Source of the DNA: an uncultured Eubacteriaceae bacterium
GTDB taxonomy: Bacteria; Bacillota; Clostridia; Eubacteriales; UBA1433
DNA: 64,000 bases
Assembly (NCBI GenBank): GCA_964581565.1
Contig: CAZOOZ010000009.1
Span: forward strand, 16,145-80,144
Reading direction: 5' to 3'
Shown here one piece after another: positions 20,879 through 28,931 of the stretch. The position numbers and the translations under genes were made by a program. The notes under the pieces are model-generated. The model was not told the origin of the DNA, ran no database searches, and worked only from the letters and a program-made list of their open reading frames with translations. Each line of letters starts with the position of its first letter. The stretch's first letter is position 1.

Positions 20879-22258
20879 TTATGATGATTTTTTTCTGCGT
20901 CTAAACAATAATATATTTAGAATAAAGAAATAAATGACACAGATTATTAAAACAATAAAAAGCATTTTATCCGACTTAGGAGCAAGGCCGATCAAAAGCA
21001 GCAATGGAAAACCTAATATAATGGAAATAGGTTGACTCATAACTAAGTTATTGGCTGCCGGAGTTTTAAATTTTGGATCAATTTCTCGCAGTAGCATAAT
21101 ACCGTTGCTTACCGTACCTGTGAGCATGCCATACATAGATAGAAGACCTTCGCTTTTATAATCGGGATAAAGCCGTTTTGAAGCATAGTTTAAATAGAGC
21201 ATTGTCAGTATGCCGCCGATTGTTGTCAAAAGTAATAAAGGAATCCATAATGACTTCATATCAACAAAATCTATAATTGCAATGCTTGAAGCAATCATGA
21301 AGTCGAAAGCTAACCCGGCAATTCTATTAAGCATATAATTGTTCGTATATTGTCTGGTCATAAGTTTTGTTTTTCTAAGAGCGCGTAGAACAGCTTTAAA
21401 TATAAGTGCTATAATGACGCCAAATAAGAAGTTGAAGCCCCAAATAAGAGGAACCAGGACATTACCAATACTAAGTGGTGCCAAACATTTGCTTAGCAGC
21501 CAGGATAGTAGGTATGTGACTAAATAAAGCATCAGCACAAAAGATACTTGGATAGTAAATTTATCAATTGCTTCTGTAAGTGGAATCTCACCCTCATCAG
21601 CTACAGGCTCATGTACTTCATCATGTATAGGTCTGTCTTTTAAATGAACACTGCTTTTTTTGCGTACTGCTATATTTAAATAAGTAACTCCGCCAATGCA
21701 TGCCCATAACAGACCGATCGTAGCGACAAGTACGCCGAATGATTTTCCACCTGCAAAGCCAAAGGTGGACTCATATACATTACCAATATTGGTTGCCTGC
21801 CCCGGTCCCTGTCCAAAACCCAGCGGGAGTAATAGCCCGGCTGATTTAAACATATCCGGATGGAATGTATAGGCTACGATAAGAATGACTATTGTGCCAA
21901 TAATGGCCTGGAGAAGGTATGTACTGATTACCAGCATACCGCTTCTAACAATATCGAGATTTTCGTTCTTCTTTAGTACCTTATCTTTTCTGTCAGGGGT
22001 ACGAAGAGTCAGGGCTATGAAACCGATTGCAATACTATGATAAGTAATCATTTCCATAAATGATTTATCGACATTAATAATTCCTGTGTGACGCAGCAGC
22101 AGCAACAAAAATCCGGCGATCATAGCGGTGGGCATTAAAAGCTGCCTCATAAATGGTATTTTTCTTCTTAAAGTGTTGGCAAGTAAGATGCTTCCGCCCA
22201 AAATTCCAAATTGTATCATTGAATTCCATAAGACTGTATTAGATGCTGAAAAGTCCAT
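20879..22258 (-). CDS. gltS: Sodium/glutamate symporter family (GltS-like) transporter
   Basis: 459-aa polytopic protein whose N-terminus and length fit the ESS/GltS family. A strong RBS (AGGAGGTGG) is embedded in the 3' end of the upstream gene. Confidence 0.75.
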   Translation of the reverse strand: MDFSASNTVLWNSMIQFGILGGSILLANTLRRKIPFMRQLLMPTAMIAGFLLLLLRHTGIINVDKSFMEMITYHSIAIGFIALTLRTPDRKDKVLKKNENLDIVRSGMLVISTYLLQAIIGTIVILIVAYTFHPDMFKSAGLLLPLGFGQGPGQATNIGNVYESTFGFAGGKSFGVLVATIGLLWACIGGVTYLNIAVRKKSSVHLKDRPIHDEVHEPVADEGEIPLTEAIDKFTIQVSFVLMLYLVTYLLSWLLSKCLAPLSIGNVLVPLIWGFNFLFGVIIALIFKAVLRALRKTKLMTRQYTNNYMLNRIAGLAFDFMIASSIAIIDFVDMKSLWIPLLLLTTIGGILTMLYLNYASKRLYPDYKSEGLLSMYGMLTGTVSNGIMLLREIDPKFKTPAANNLVMSQPISIILGFPLLLLIGLAPKSDKMLFIVLIICVIYFFILNILLFRRRKKSS

Positions 22259-23465
22259 TTATGCCACCTCCTAATTTTATTAAATTTATTATATGTACAT
22301 ATTTAATTGCACAATAAATTTGCTTTGATTTTGTTTCGTATATCATGCCATCACACATGGTAAATTGTAGAGTTTGACCCAAAATCGCTTGAATTTCCAC
22401 AATATTTTCTATGTAAAAGGTCATTTTTTTATCGTGTTTTGGCTTGAATTCAATTCTGTCAGAAAATAAATGCATTATGCCGCTAAATAAAAATATGTTT
22501 TTATTCGAATACTGGCAAGAGTATAGGTCGATTTCATAATCGGTGTACAGAGGAGCGTCAGTGGTAAACAATAAATTATTTTTATATTTTTCTAAAATAT
22601 ATTCCTTTTGCCATTCGTCCCACTTTGTAATTGTATCAAGATATACACTTTCTTGATCATAAGCTTCGAAATAACCAAAATCAGTATATACAGCAGTATT
22701 TTTACAGCACTCACAATAAAAAATGTTTTTTTGGCTACGCATATTCATATAAGTTTTACACTTAGGGCATGTATAGAGCACGCGCTCCAGATACATAGCG
22801 GGCTGTGATCCTTTATAGGAATACATATTTTGTTCTTGGAATGCATATGCATCTGTACTTAATGAGGTTATAATAATTTCAGAAAGCTCATCGGGGGATA
22901 ATTTATTGATCTCTTCGATGTTAAGTGTTTTGATAATCTGTCCCGTGGCATAACCTTTGCGGCGGTGCTTGCCCCATCTGGGAGTTGAAAAATAAAGACC
23001 GCTTAAATTATATAATAAAATGGGTATATTTAGTAATTTAGCCAGTTTTCCTATTGAATCGGTAATGTATGCTTCTTTTCCGTTAAATGATCCGTTGCCT
23101 GAAGGGAAAAGGCCGATGCAGCCTTTTTGGGCGGCCACACGCTTTATTAATTTTATCGATTTAATATCCATTGAGGTTTTGGCAATAGGAATCGGTGCAA
23201 AACAAAAATATAATAATTTACTTAAAAATTTTAATCGAAATAAATGATCACTTGCAACATAATATATTGGCTGGTTAAAAGACAGAGAAATAAGTATAGG
23301 GTCATAAGCGCCGATATGATTTGATAAGATTAAATAAGGTTTATCATTTTTGAGGTGATATTTATTTACGGAATAACCGAAAAATAATTTGAAAAAAAGA
23401 TAGACAGGACAACGCAAGATTGATGCGATTATCCTATGCCTGAAAAAAACATATTTATTATTCAC
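22239..23465 (-). CDS. PlsC-family acyltransferase with a C-terminal zinc-ribbon-containing extension
   Basis: HX4D motif (SNHIGAYD) and FPSGNGS block in the first ~190 aa. A ~200-aa extension follows, containing CPKC-x17-CECC. Confidence 0.8.
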   Translation of the reverse strand: MNNKYVFFRHRIIASILRCPVYLFFKLFFGYSVNKYHLKNDKPYLILSNHIGAYDPILISLSFNQPIYYVASDHLFRLKFLSKLLYFCFAPIPIAKTSMDIKSIKLIKRVAAQKGCIGLFPSGNGSFNGKEAYITDSIGKLAKLLNIPILLYNLSGLYFSTPRWGKHRRKGYATGQIIKTLNIEEINKLSPDELSEIIITSLSTDAYAFQEQNMYSYKGSQPAMYLERVLYTCPKCKTYMNMRSQKNIFYCECCKNTAVYTDFGYFEAYDQESVYLDTITKWDEWQKEYILEKYKNNLLFTTDAPLYTDYEIDLYSCQYSNKNIFLFSGIMHLFSDRIEFKPKHDKKMTFYIENIVEIQAILGQTLQFTMCDGMIYETKSKQIYCAIKYVHIINLIKLGGGINGLFSI

Positions 23466-23545
23466 TAGTACGACCTTTACAGAAGTATTTTAATTAATAT
23501 TAACAAGGAATGTTAAATAAAGCAATAAGTTAATTGTTAAATATA

Positions 23546-23572
23546 AATAAAAAGGACGGAAATCACCCGTCC
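23546..23572 (-). terminator. Rho-independent terminator after spoVS
   Basis: The minus strand reads GGACGG-gtgattt-CCGTCC followed by TTTTTTaTTT. Confidence 0.8.
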
Positions 23573-23590
23573 ATGTTTAAAGTTATCTTA

Positions 23591-23851
23591 TCATCTTGTA
23601 TGTATGATAAGTTTTATTCCTGTTCTTTCTGTGCCATTAATATCAATGTCTGTAAATGCAGGTATACACACTAAATCATATCCTCCCGGAGCAACATACC
23701 CTCGTGCTATGGCTATCGATTTTACAGCTTGATTAAGTGCTCCTGCACCTATTGCCTGAATTTCGGCAACACCACTTTCTCTAATAACGCCGGCTAAAGC
23801 TCCGGCCACGGAATTGGGATTCGAATTTGAAGAAACTTTTAATACTTCCAT
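23591..23851 (-). CDS. spoVS: Stage V sporulation protein S
   Basis: MEVLKVSSNSNPNSVAGALAGVIRE..IQAIGAGALNQAVKSIAIARGY is a near-canonical SpoVS sequence. Confidence 0.95.
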   Translation of the reverse strand: MEVLKVSSNSNPNSVAGALAGVIRESGVAEIQAIGAGALNQAVKSIAIARGYVAPGGYDLVCIPAFTDIDINGTERTGIKLIIHTR

Positions 23852-23967
23852 TGCATTCAACCTTTTCGCCTTCGATGGCAGAAATAATTATTCTGATTTT
23901 ATAAAGCGAAGGCGCAACATCCTTTCAAAATTGTGATATTAATTTATATGTTTTCAGCAAAAATATA

Positions 23968-24744
23968 TTAATCAAATATTTTATAAATTCTTTCTATTTT
24001 TACGCAAACATTATTTTCATCAAACGTAACACATACAGCATTTAATTGACGATGTCCTTCAGCTAATTCAAATTTAACAGGCCGTTTTGTTTTAAATGAC
24101 TTTATAATAATATTTTTATCAATACCGATCACCCCCTCATAAGGGCCTGTCATACCTACATCGGTTATAGCAGCAGTTTGCTTATCAATAATTCGCTCAT
24201 CTGCTGTCTGCACATGTGTATGTGTCCCGACTACTACATCAGCTCTGCCGGTTGCATAATAGCTAAATGCTATTTTCTCACTGGTAGCCTCAGCATGAAA
24301 ATCTACAAAAATTATATCGCAGGACGGTTTAATAATTTCATATATTTTGTCGAAGCATAAAAAAGGATTTTCTAAAGAATCCATATAAATTGTACCTGAA
24401 AGATTGACGATGCCTATGCGAATTTTATTGACTCTCACAATGCCATATCCCCTGCCTGGACAAGGAGACGGATAATTTGCCGGGCGCAGTATGTTATCAT
24501 ATTTTTCTATAAAATCAAATATTTCTTTTTTTGCCCACACATGGTTTCCTGTAGTAATAAAATTCACTCCAGATGCAATAAGCTCATCATAACTTGATCT
24601 TACAAGGCCGGCATAGCCTGAAGCATTTTCTGCATTTACAATCGTAAAATCAATTTGATATTCTTTTTTGATCTCGGATAAATAGTTTTTTATAACACTT
24701 CTCCCGCTGCGCCCCATAACATCACCGATAAAAAGTATCCTCAT
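23968..24744 (-). CDS. ymdB: YmdB-family metallophosphoesterase (2',3'-cyclic-nucleotide phosphodiesterase)
   Basis: MRILFIGDVMGRSGR, NAENASGY, TTGNHVW and DFHAEATSEK motifs. Conserved rny-ymdB-spoVS order. Confidence 0.93.
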   Translation of the reverse strand: MRILFIGDVMGRSGRSVIKNYLSEIKKEYQIDFTIVNAENASGYAGLVRSSYDELIASGVNFITTGNHVWAKKEIFDFIEKYDNILRPANYPSPCPGRGYGIVRVNKIRIGIVNLSGTIYMDSLENPFLCFDKIYEIIKPSCDIIFVDFHAEATSEKIAFSYYATGRADVVVGTHTHVQTADERIIDKQTAAITDVGMTGPYEGVIGIDKNIIIKSFKTKRPVKFELAEGHRQLNAVCVTFDENNVCVKIERIYKIFD

Positions 24745-24812
24745 ATATTCTCCTAAATGTAAAGTAGTAAAGTATTTTAAAAAAATAGAGAGCAAATGCC
24801 CTCTATTAATGT

Positions 24813-26348
24813 TTATTTTGCGTATTCTGTCACTCTTGTTTCCCGGATTAAATTTACTTTTATTTGACCCGGATAATCCAGCTCGTTTTCTATTCGTTGC
24901 GCTATTTCTTTTGCGGTAAGCACCATGCCTACATCGTCAATCTCTTCTGATTTTACAAGTATGCGCACTTCTCTTCCGGCTTGTATTGCAAATGATTTGT
25001 CAACACCCGGGAAAGAGGTTGCAATTTCTTCCAATTTTTGAAGTCTCTTAATATAACTTTCCAAAGTCTCGCGCCGTGCACCAGGTCTTGCGGCGGAAAT
25101 AGCATCCGCTGCTTGAACTAGTACGGCTTCGATCGTCTTAGGTTCAATATCATCATGGTGTGCTTCAACAGCATGAATAACTTCGCTGTTTTCTTTATAT
25201 CGTTTTAAGATATCAACACCGATTGCAACATGAGGCCCTTCAATTTCATGGTCTACCGCTTTGCCGATATCATGTAGCAGTCCTGCTCTTCTTGCAATTC
25301 TGGAGTTTGCCCCTAGTTCGTCGGCCATAATACCGGCTAAATAGGCAACTTCTAATGAATGTTTTAAAATATTTTGTCCGTAGCTTGTTCTGTAATGGAG
25401 TCTTCCGATCAATTTTACAAGTTCCGGATGTATCTTATGCAGTCCAATTTCAAAAATGGCTTGTTCGCCCATTTCCTTTATTTTATCATCAATTTCTTTT
25501 TTGGAATTATTGACCATTTCTTCGATTCGTGCAGGATGAATTCTTCCGTCACTTATAAGCTTTTCAAGAGCATTCCGTGCTACTTCTCGTTTTATTGGAT
25601 CAAAACCGGATAGAATCACTGCTTCCGGTGTATCGTCAATAATTAAATCTATGCCTGTTAATGTTTCCAGAGCCCTGATATTTCGTCCTTCTCTTCCTAT
25701 AATGCGTCCCTTCATTTCGTCACTAGGCAAGCTTACAACAGAGACTGTTGTTTCTGCCACATGGTCTGCGGCACATTTTTGTATAGCATATGTTATGATT
25801 TCTCTAGCTTTTTTATCAGCTTCATTTTTGGCTTCAATTTCTTTGTTTTTAACCAGAATAGCCATTTCTCTGGTAATTCTATTTTCAACACTTGCAAGAA
25901 GTAGTTCTCTTGCTTCTTCAAACGTTAATTGTGATATTTTCTCTAACTCTATAAGTTGTTTTTGTTTTAATATTTCCAATTCAGCTTCTTTTAGTTCAAG
26001 CTTTTTGTTTCTCTCAATTAATGATTCCTCTTTTTTTTCTATATTCTCAATTTTCTTATCTAAGTTTTCTTCTTTATTCATAACTCGTTTTTCGAGTTTT
26101 TGTAATTCATTTCTTCTTTCTCTGTTTTCTCTATCAAGTTCTGTTCTCAGAGTATGAATTTCTTCCTTGGCTTCAATTAATTTTTCTTTTTTTATTCTTT
26201 CACTTTCTTTTATAGCTTCTTCAACCATACAATTGGCTGTTTTTGTAGCATTGTTAATCTTACTTTCGCCTAAATATTTGCGAAGCAAAAAGCCGGCTGC
26301 TGTACCTAACAGTAAAAACAACAATGCTGATAATATTTTTAAAAGCAT
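24813..26348 (-). CDS. rny: Ribonuclease Y
   Basis: N-terminal TM, a Glu/Lys coiled coil, a KH domain ([15 protein letters not shown]) and an HD domain ([12 protein letters not shown]). Confidence 0.97.
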   Translation of the reverse strand: MLLKILSALLFLLLGTAAGFLLRKYLGESKINNATKTANCMVEEAIKESERIKKEKLIEAKEEIHTLRTELDRENRERRNELQKLEKRVMNKEENLDKKIENIEKKEESLIERNKKLELKEAELEILKQKQLIELEKISQLTFEEARELLLASVENRITREMAILVKNKEIEAKNEADKKAREIITYAIQKCAADHVAETTVSVVSLPSDEMKGRIIGREGRNIRALETLTGIDLIIDDTPEAVILSGFDPIKREVARNALEKLISDGRIHPARIEEMVNNSKKEIDDKIKEMGEQAIFEIGLHKIHPELVKLIGRLHYRTSYGQNILKHSLEVAYLAGIMADELGANSRIARRAGLLHDIGKAVDHEIEGPHVAIGVDILKRYKENSEVIHAVEAHHDDIEPKTIEAVLVQAADAISAARPGARRETLESYIKRLQKLEEIATSFPGVDKSFAIQAGREVRILVKSEEIDDVGMVLTAKEIAQRIENELDYPGQIKVNLIRETRVTEYAK

Positions 26349-26657
26349 GCTTTCCTCCTATTCAATTTTCAAAAATCACTAATAAATATAAATTACTTAT
26401 AAAAGGGGTTTAATTATCACTTAACACAATATTAATAAAAAATCCATCCAAATGCTAACAAATCAATTTTAAACTCTTTGCAACTCGCTGTCAAGATTTA
26501 TATAAATTGAGAATGATAACGAAAGAAAAACGGTAATCGCAATATAAAAAATATAATTTGTATCCAACATAAATAAACCAAAAGCATACATCGCATCATT
26601 TGAACAAATGTACTTTTTTGGTAATATCCTTTTATTTATAAGTATAAAGTTTTAACA

Positions 26658-26918
26658 TTAAATAGATTTACCATCAAGTAGTGAAATAATGCTATTCATT
26701 GCTTTGGTTTCATCAATACCATCTATTTGAACTAAAACTTCATCATTTTCTTTTACGTTTAAAATCATAACTCCTATAATGCTTTTGGCATTTACTGTAG
26801 CATTTTCCTTTTGAATGTGGATGTCACTTTTGCATTTGCTGGCTAATTCAACTAAGGCTGACGCTACTTTTCCATGTAGTCCACCCTCTACTTTAACGCA
26901 TGTCTTTTGCTGTACCAT
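26658..26918 (-). CDS. HPr-family phosphocarrier-like protein
   Basis: Start refined to MVQQKT. His15 context is GGLHGKVA and Ser46 context is NAKSIIGVM. No ptsI or EII genes are nearby. Confidence 0.8.
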   Translation of the reverse strand: MVQQKTCVKVEGGLHGKVASALVELASKCKSDIHIQKENATVNAKSIIGVMILNVKENDEVLVQIDGIDETKAMNSIISLLDGKSI

Positions 26919-27047
26919 ATTTGTATCCTTTCTGTGTAATAGATTACATGATATATATATTATACACAAAAAAAATAAAATGTAAATTTTTATTTGATTT
27001 TTTTACATAATAGGAGTAATATTATTTCATTCGTTTGGAGGTATTGT

Positions 27048-27245
27048 ATGAAAATAAAAAAACAAGATAATATAACCGAGATTATTCAAAAATATCCTAT
27101 CACAAGAGAAGTTTTCACACAATTTTCATTGCCTTGTATTGGTTGTTTTGCTGCAATGTATGAAAGCTTGGAAGAAGGAGCCTCGGCACATGGCATAGAC
27201 GTGGATTCTTTAGTGGAGGCGCTTAATAAAGCTGCGGGATTATAA
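27048..27245 (+). CDS. DUF1858-type small protein (hybrid-cluster-protein-associated redox disulfide domain)
   Basis: 65 aa with ITEIIQKYPITREVFTQFSLPCIGC and ESLEEGASAHGID. RBS GGAGG. Confidence 0.75.
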   Translation: MKIKKQDNITEIIQKYPITREVFTQFSLPCIGCFAAMYESLEEGASAHGIDVDSLVEALNKAAGL

Positions 27246-27268
27246 GTTTGTAAATAGTTTATTTAAAT

Positions 27269-27309
27269 AAAAAAAGACTGCTTTATAAATTATAAATCAG
27301 TCTTTTTTT
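27269..27309. terminator. Bidirectional terminator between convergent genes
   Basis: AAAAAAGACTG-17 nt loop-CAGTCTTTTTTTTT. Confidence 0.75.
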
Positions 27310-27957
27310 TTATTGCTTGATTTTTTCAAATGATTCGATAATGTCTATAATCTGTTTTTTTTGATCATCTTCATCAGCTTGATCGGCCTCATTGGCACTG
27401 TCTGCATATTCCATATTTTTATTATTTATCAGCCGTATCATATCAGCTATGTTTTTTGCTTTTTTTAGTTGTTCTGAATCAATTAAAGGAGATAGAGTTT
27501 CATAAAGCAGGCCTGCTTTTTCCGAAAGATTTTGCGTATTTGAAAGTTCGACATTTATATTATTAATTCGTGATATGCTCTTTGTTGCTTTGTCGATATT
27601 TGATATAACTGTATTAATTTTTGAGTATCTTTCTTTTTCTTTCACATTCATATACGGATGTATGCTGTAAAAGATATCTTCAAAATCTGAACGGCTGAGA
27701 TGATTCGTCCCATGCCCTAATTGTATTTGATTTATAGTCTCGGCCGTATTCTTTAATTGGTAAGATGCTTGTAAAACTTGCTTTACATTATCAATGGTGA
27801 CCGTGTTTGTTTTTGGTTGCAATAATTTAGGCGGATTCATCATATCTGATGTATGCAATAAATCATCCAGTTCGTCTGTTTCTTTTAAATAACTGTATGT
27901 AGAAGTATTGTTTAAATAGAGTAGACCAAGCAAAATAAGTATAATTTGTGCAGCCAT
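27310..27957 (-). CDS. Hypothetical exported helical protein with an acidic C-terminal tail
   Basis: 215 aa with a strong RBS (AGGAGG) and a signal-like N-terminus (AAQIILILLGLLYL). The body is Asn/Lys/Ile-rich and the tail reads ADSANEADQADEDDQ. No family recognised. Confidence 0.8.
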   Translation of the reverse strand: MAAQIILILLGLLYLNNTSTYSYLKETDELDDLLHTSDMMNPPKLLQPKTNTVTIDNVKQVLQASYQLKNTAETINQIQLGHGTNHLSRSDFEDIFYSIHPYMNVKEKERYSKINTVISNIDKATKSISRINNINVELSNTQNLSEKAGLLYETLSPLIDSEQLKKAKNIADMIRLINNKNMEYADSANEADQADEDDQKKQIIDIIESFEKIKQ

Positions 27958-27977
27958 TTTATTTGCCTCCTAAGTAT

Positions 27978-28013
27978 GGGCTGTATCGGAAAAAATATTT
28001 TAAGATACAGCCC
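27978..28013 (-). other. Intercistronic 10-bp GC-rich hairpin with no U-tract
   Basis: GGGCTGTATC-16 nt-GATACAGCCC lies between the stop of the 28019 gene and the RBS of the 27957 gene. Confidence 0.6.
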
Positions 28014-28018
28014 GAGAT

Positions 28019-28228
28019 TTAAAACAATCCATCTCCTGATAAAAGTAGTACAACAATTATTAATAAAAGTATGTTGTTTTCTTTAAATAACGAACCGATT
28101 CCTCCGCCAAAAAGGCCGCCGCCACAACCGCAATCGTCATCAAAGATACCTAAAAGAAGTATGATTACTATAATTATTATTAACCATAAATTATCGTCAT
28201 TACAAAATTTACCCAATATGTTATTCAA
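28019..28228 (-). CDS. Tiny double-hydrophobic-segment Cys/Asp/Gly protein (copy P0)
   Basis: ORF track 28019..28243. The ATG at 28243 has no RBS. Its codons 2-3 are GGAGGG, 7 nt upstream of an in-frame TTG at 28228, which I take as the start. Product: (M)NNILGKFCNDDNLWLIIIIVIILLLGIFDDDCGCGGGLFGGGIGSLFKENNILLLIIVVLLLSGDGLF. Confidence 0.7.
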   Translation of the reverse strand: MNNILGKFCNDDNLWLIIIIVIILLLGIFDDDCGCGGGLFGGGIGSLFKENNILLLIIVVLLLSGDGLF

Positions 28229-28254
28229 TATAGATCCCTCCATAATTTTTAATT

Positions 28255-28284
28255 AACGGATACGGTTTTGTAACCGCATCCGTT
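28255..28284 (-). other. Intercistronic hairpin (weak terminator or RNA-processing candidate)
   Basis: AACGGATaCGG-8 nt-CCGcATCCGTT (one mismatch). A third segment, CCGTATC at 28289-28295, can pair perfectly with GATACGG instead. Confidence 0.45.
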
Positions 28285-28293
28285 TGGACCGTA

Positions 28294-28447
28294 TCATTCG
28301 TTAAAAAGTATTATTAAAAGCAAGAAGAAAATAAGAGTATGCTGTCATCTTCACTGTTAACGAATCCTATACTATCAAACAGTACTATTAGCAGTAAAAA
28401 AATATTAATAAACTGTCAGAGATGCAATCACTGAATCTACTTGGCAT
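28294..28447 (-). pseudogene. Decayed tandem paralogue (copy P1) of the tiny hydrophobic peptide gene
   Basis: GGAGGAG RBS plus ATG at 28447. The frame stops after 19 codons (MPSRFSDCISDSLLIFFYC*). Two 1-nt frame corrections, at the A7 run 28396-28402 and near 28321-28332, restore ..LLLIVLFDSIGFVNSEDDSILLIFFLLLIILFNE*, which is collinear with copy P2. Confidence 0.65.
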
Positions 28448-28499
28448 AGCTCTCCTCCGTGTTCTCGTTGCAATTTTTATATTTCAATAATTGCTTCGT

Positions 28500-28664
28500 T
28501 TAACATCCGTCATTAAAGAGTATTATTAAAAGTAAGAAGAAGAACAAGAGTATGCTGTCATCTTCACCGCTACAGAACCCCATATTATCAAACAGTACTA
28601 CTAAAAGTAGGAAAAACATTAATAAGGTTTCACAGTCACAATCTTTAAATATACATCCCATCAT
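28500..28664 (-). CDS. Tiny double-hydrophobic-segment Cys/Asp protein (copy P2)
   Basis: GGAGGG RBS 5 nt before ATGATG, which are codons 22 and 23 of the 28500..28727 ORF in the track. Product: MMGCIFKDCDCETLLMFFLLLVVLFDNMGFCSGEDDSILLFFFLLLIILFNDGC. Confidence 0.7.
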   Translation of the reverse strand: MMGCIFKDCDCETLLMFFLLLVVLFDNMGFCSGEDDSILLFFFLLLIILFNDGC

Positions 28665-28876
28665 ATTACCCTCCGTGTCATTTTTACGACTATTATTGAA
28701 ACTTGTTTCAGCAATTGTCATAATCATTTATCACAGACCAGCAGAAGAAACGCATATTTCTCACTGCTTTTCTGTCTATATCATAATACGTATTTTATAA
28801 GTATATGTGCATAATTTTTAAGAACGGAAATACATGATTTCATAAAAAAACTTCTGCATAATAGCGGCAATTAAAT

Positions 28877-28905
28877 ACACTAAAAAAAATGAAAAGCATA
28901 TAGTA
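28877..28905 (+). promoter_or_regulatory. Candidate sigma-K-type promoter (ACAC-N16-CATAtagTA) for the plus-strand orphan operon
   Basis: CATATAGTA at 28897-28905 matches CATAnnnTA, with AC 16 nt upstream, about 27 nt before the GTG at 28932. This is a low-information motif in AT-rich DNA. Confidence 0.2.
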
Positions 28906-28931
28906 ATTAATAGAGAGAGGCAGGTGGTTTA

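Larger units (their letters stand above)
28294..28680. repeat. Tandem duplication, period about 212-217 bp, spanning copies P1 and P2
   Basis: Identical blocks: 28333-28354 = 28546-28567 (22 nt); 28373-28387 = 28586-28600 (15 nt); 28307-28320 = 28519-28532 (14 nt). The RBS core ctccgtg is also shared, at 28455 and 28671. Confidence 0.85.

Noticed and set aside
25651-26157. 168-aa plus-strand ORF, Ser/Phe/Leu-rich, entirely inside rny
   Set aside because: It is the antisense shadow of the Glu/Lys-rich coiled coil of RNase Y. Low-complexity composition, no RBS, and the opposite strand carries a confidently identified gene.
26465-26587. 40-aa hydrophobic minus-strand ORF (MYAFGLFMLDTNYIFYIAITVFLSLSFSIYINLDSELQRV) in the ~300-bp leader upstream of rny
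   Set aside because: No Shine-Dalgarno sequence precedes it, and short hydrophobic ORFs arise easily in AT-rich DNA. It is not supportable without conservation or ribosome-profiling data.
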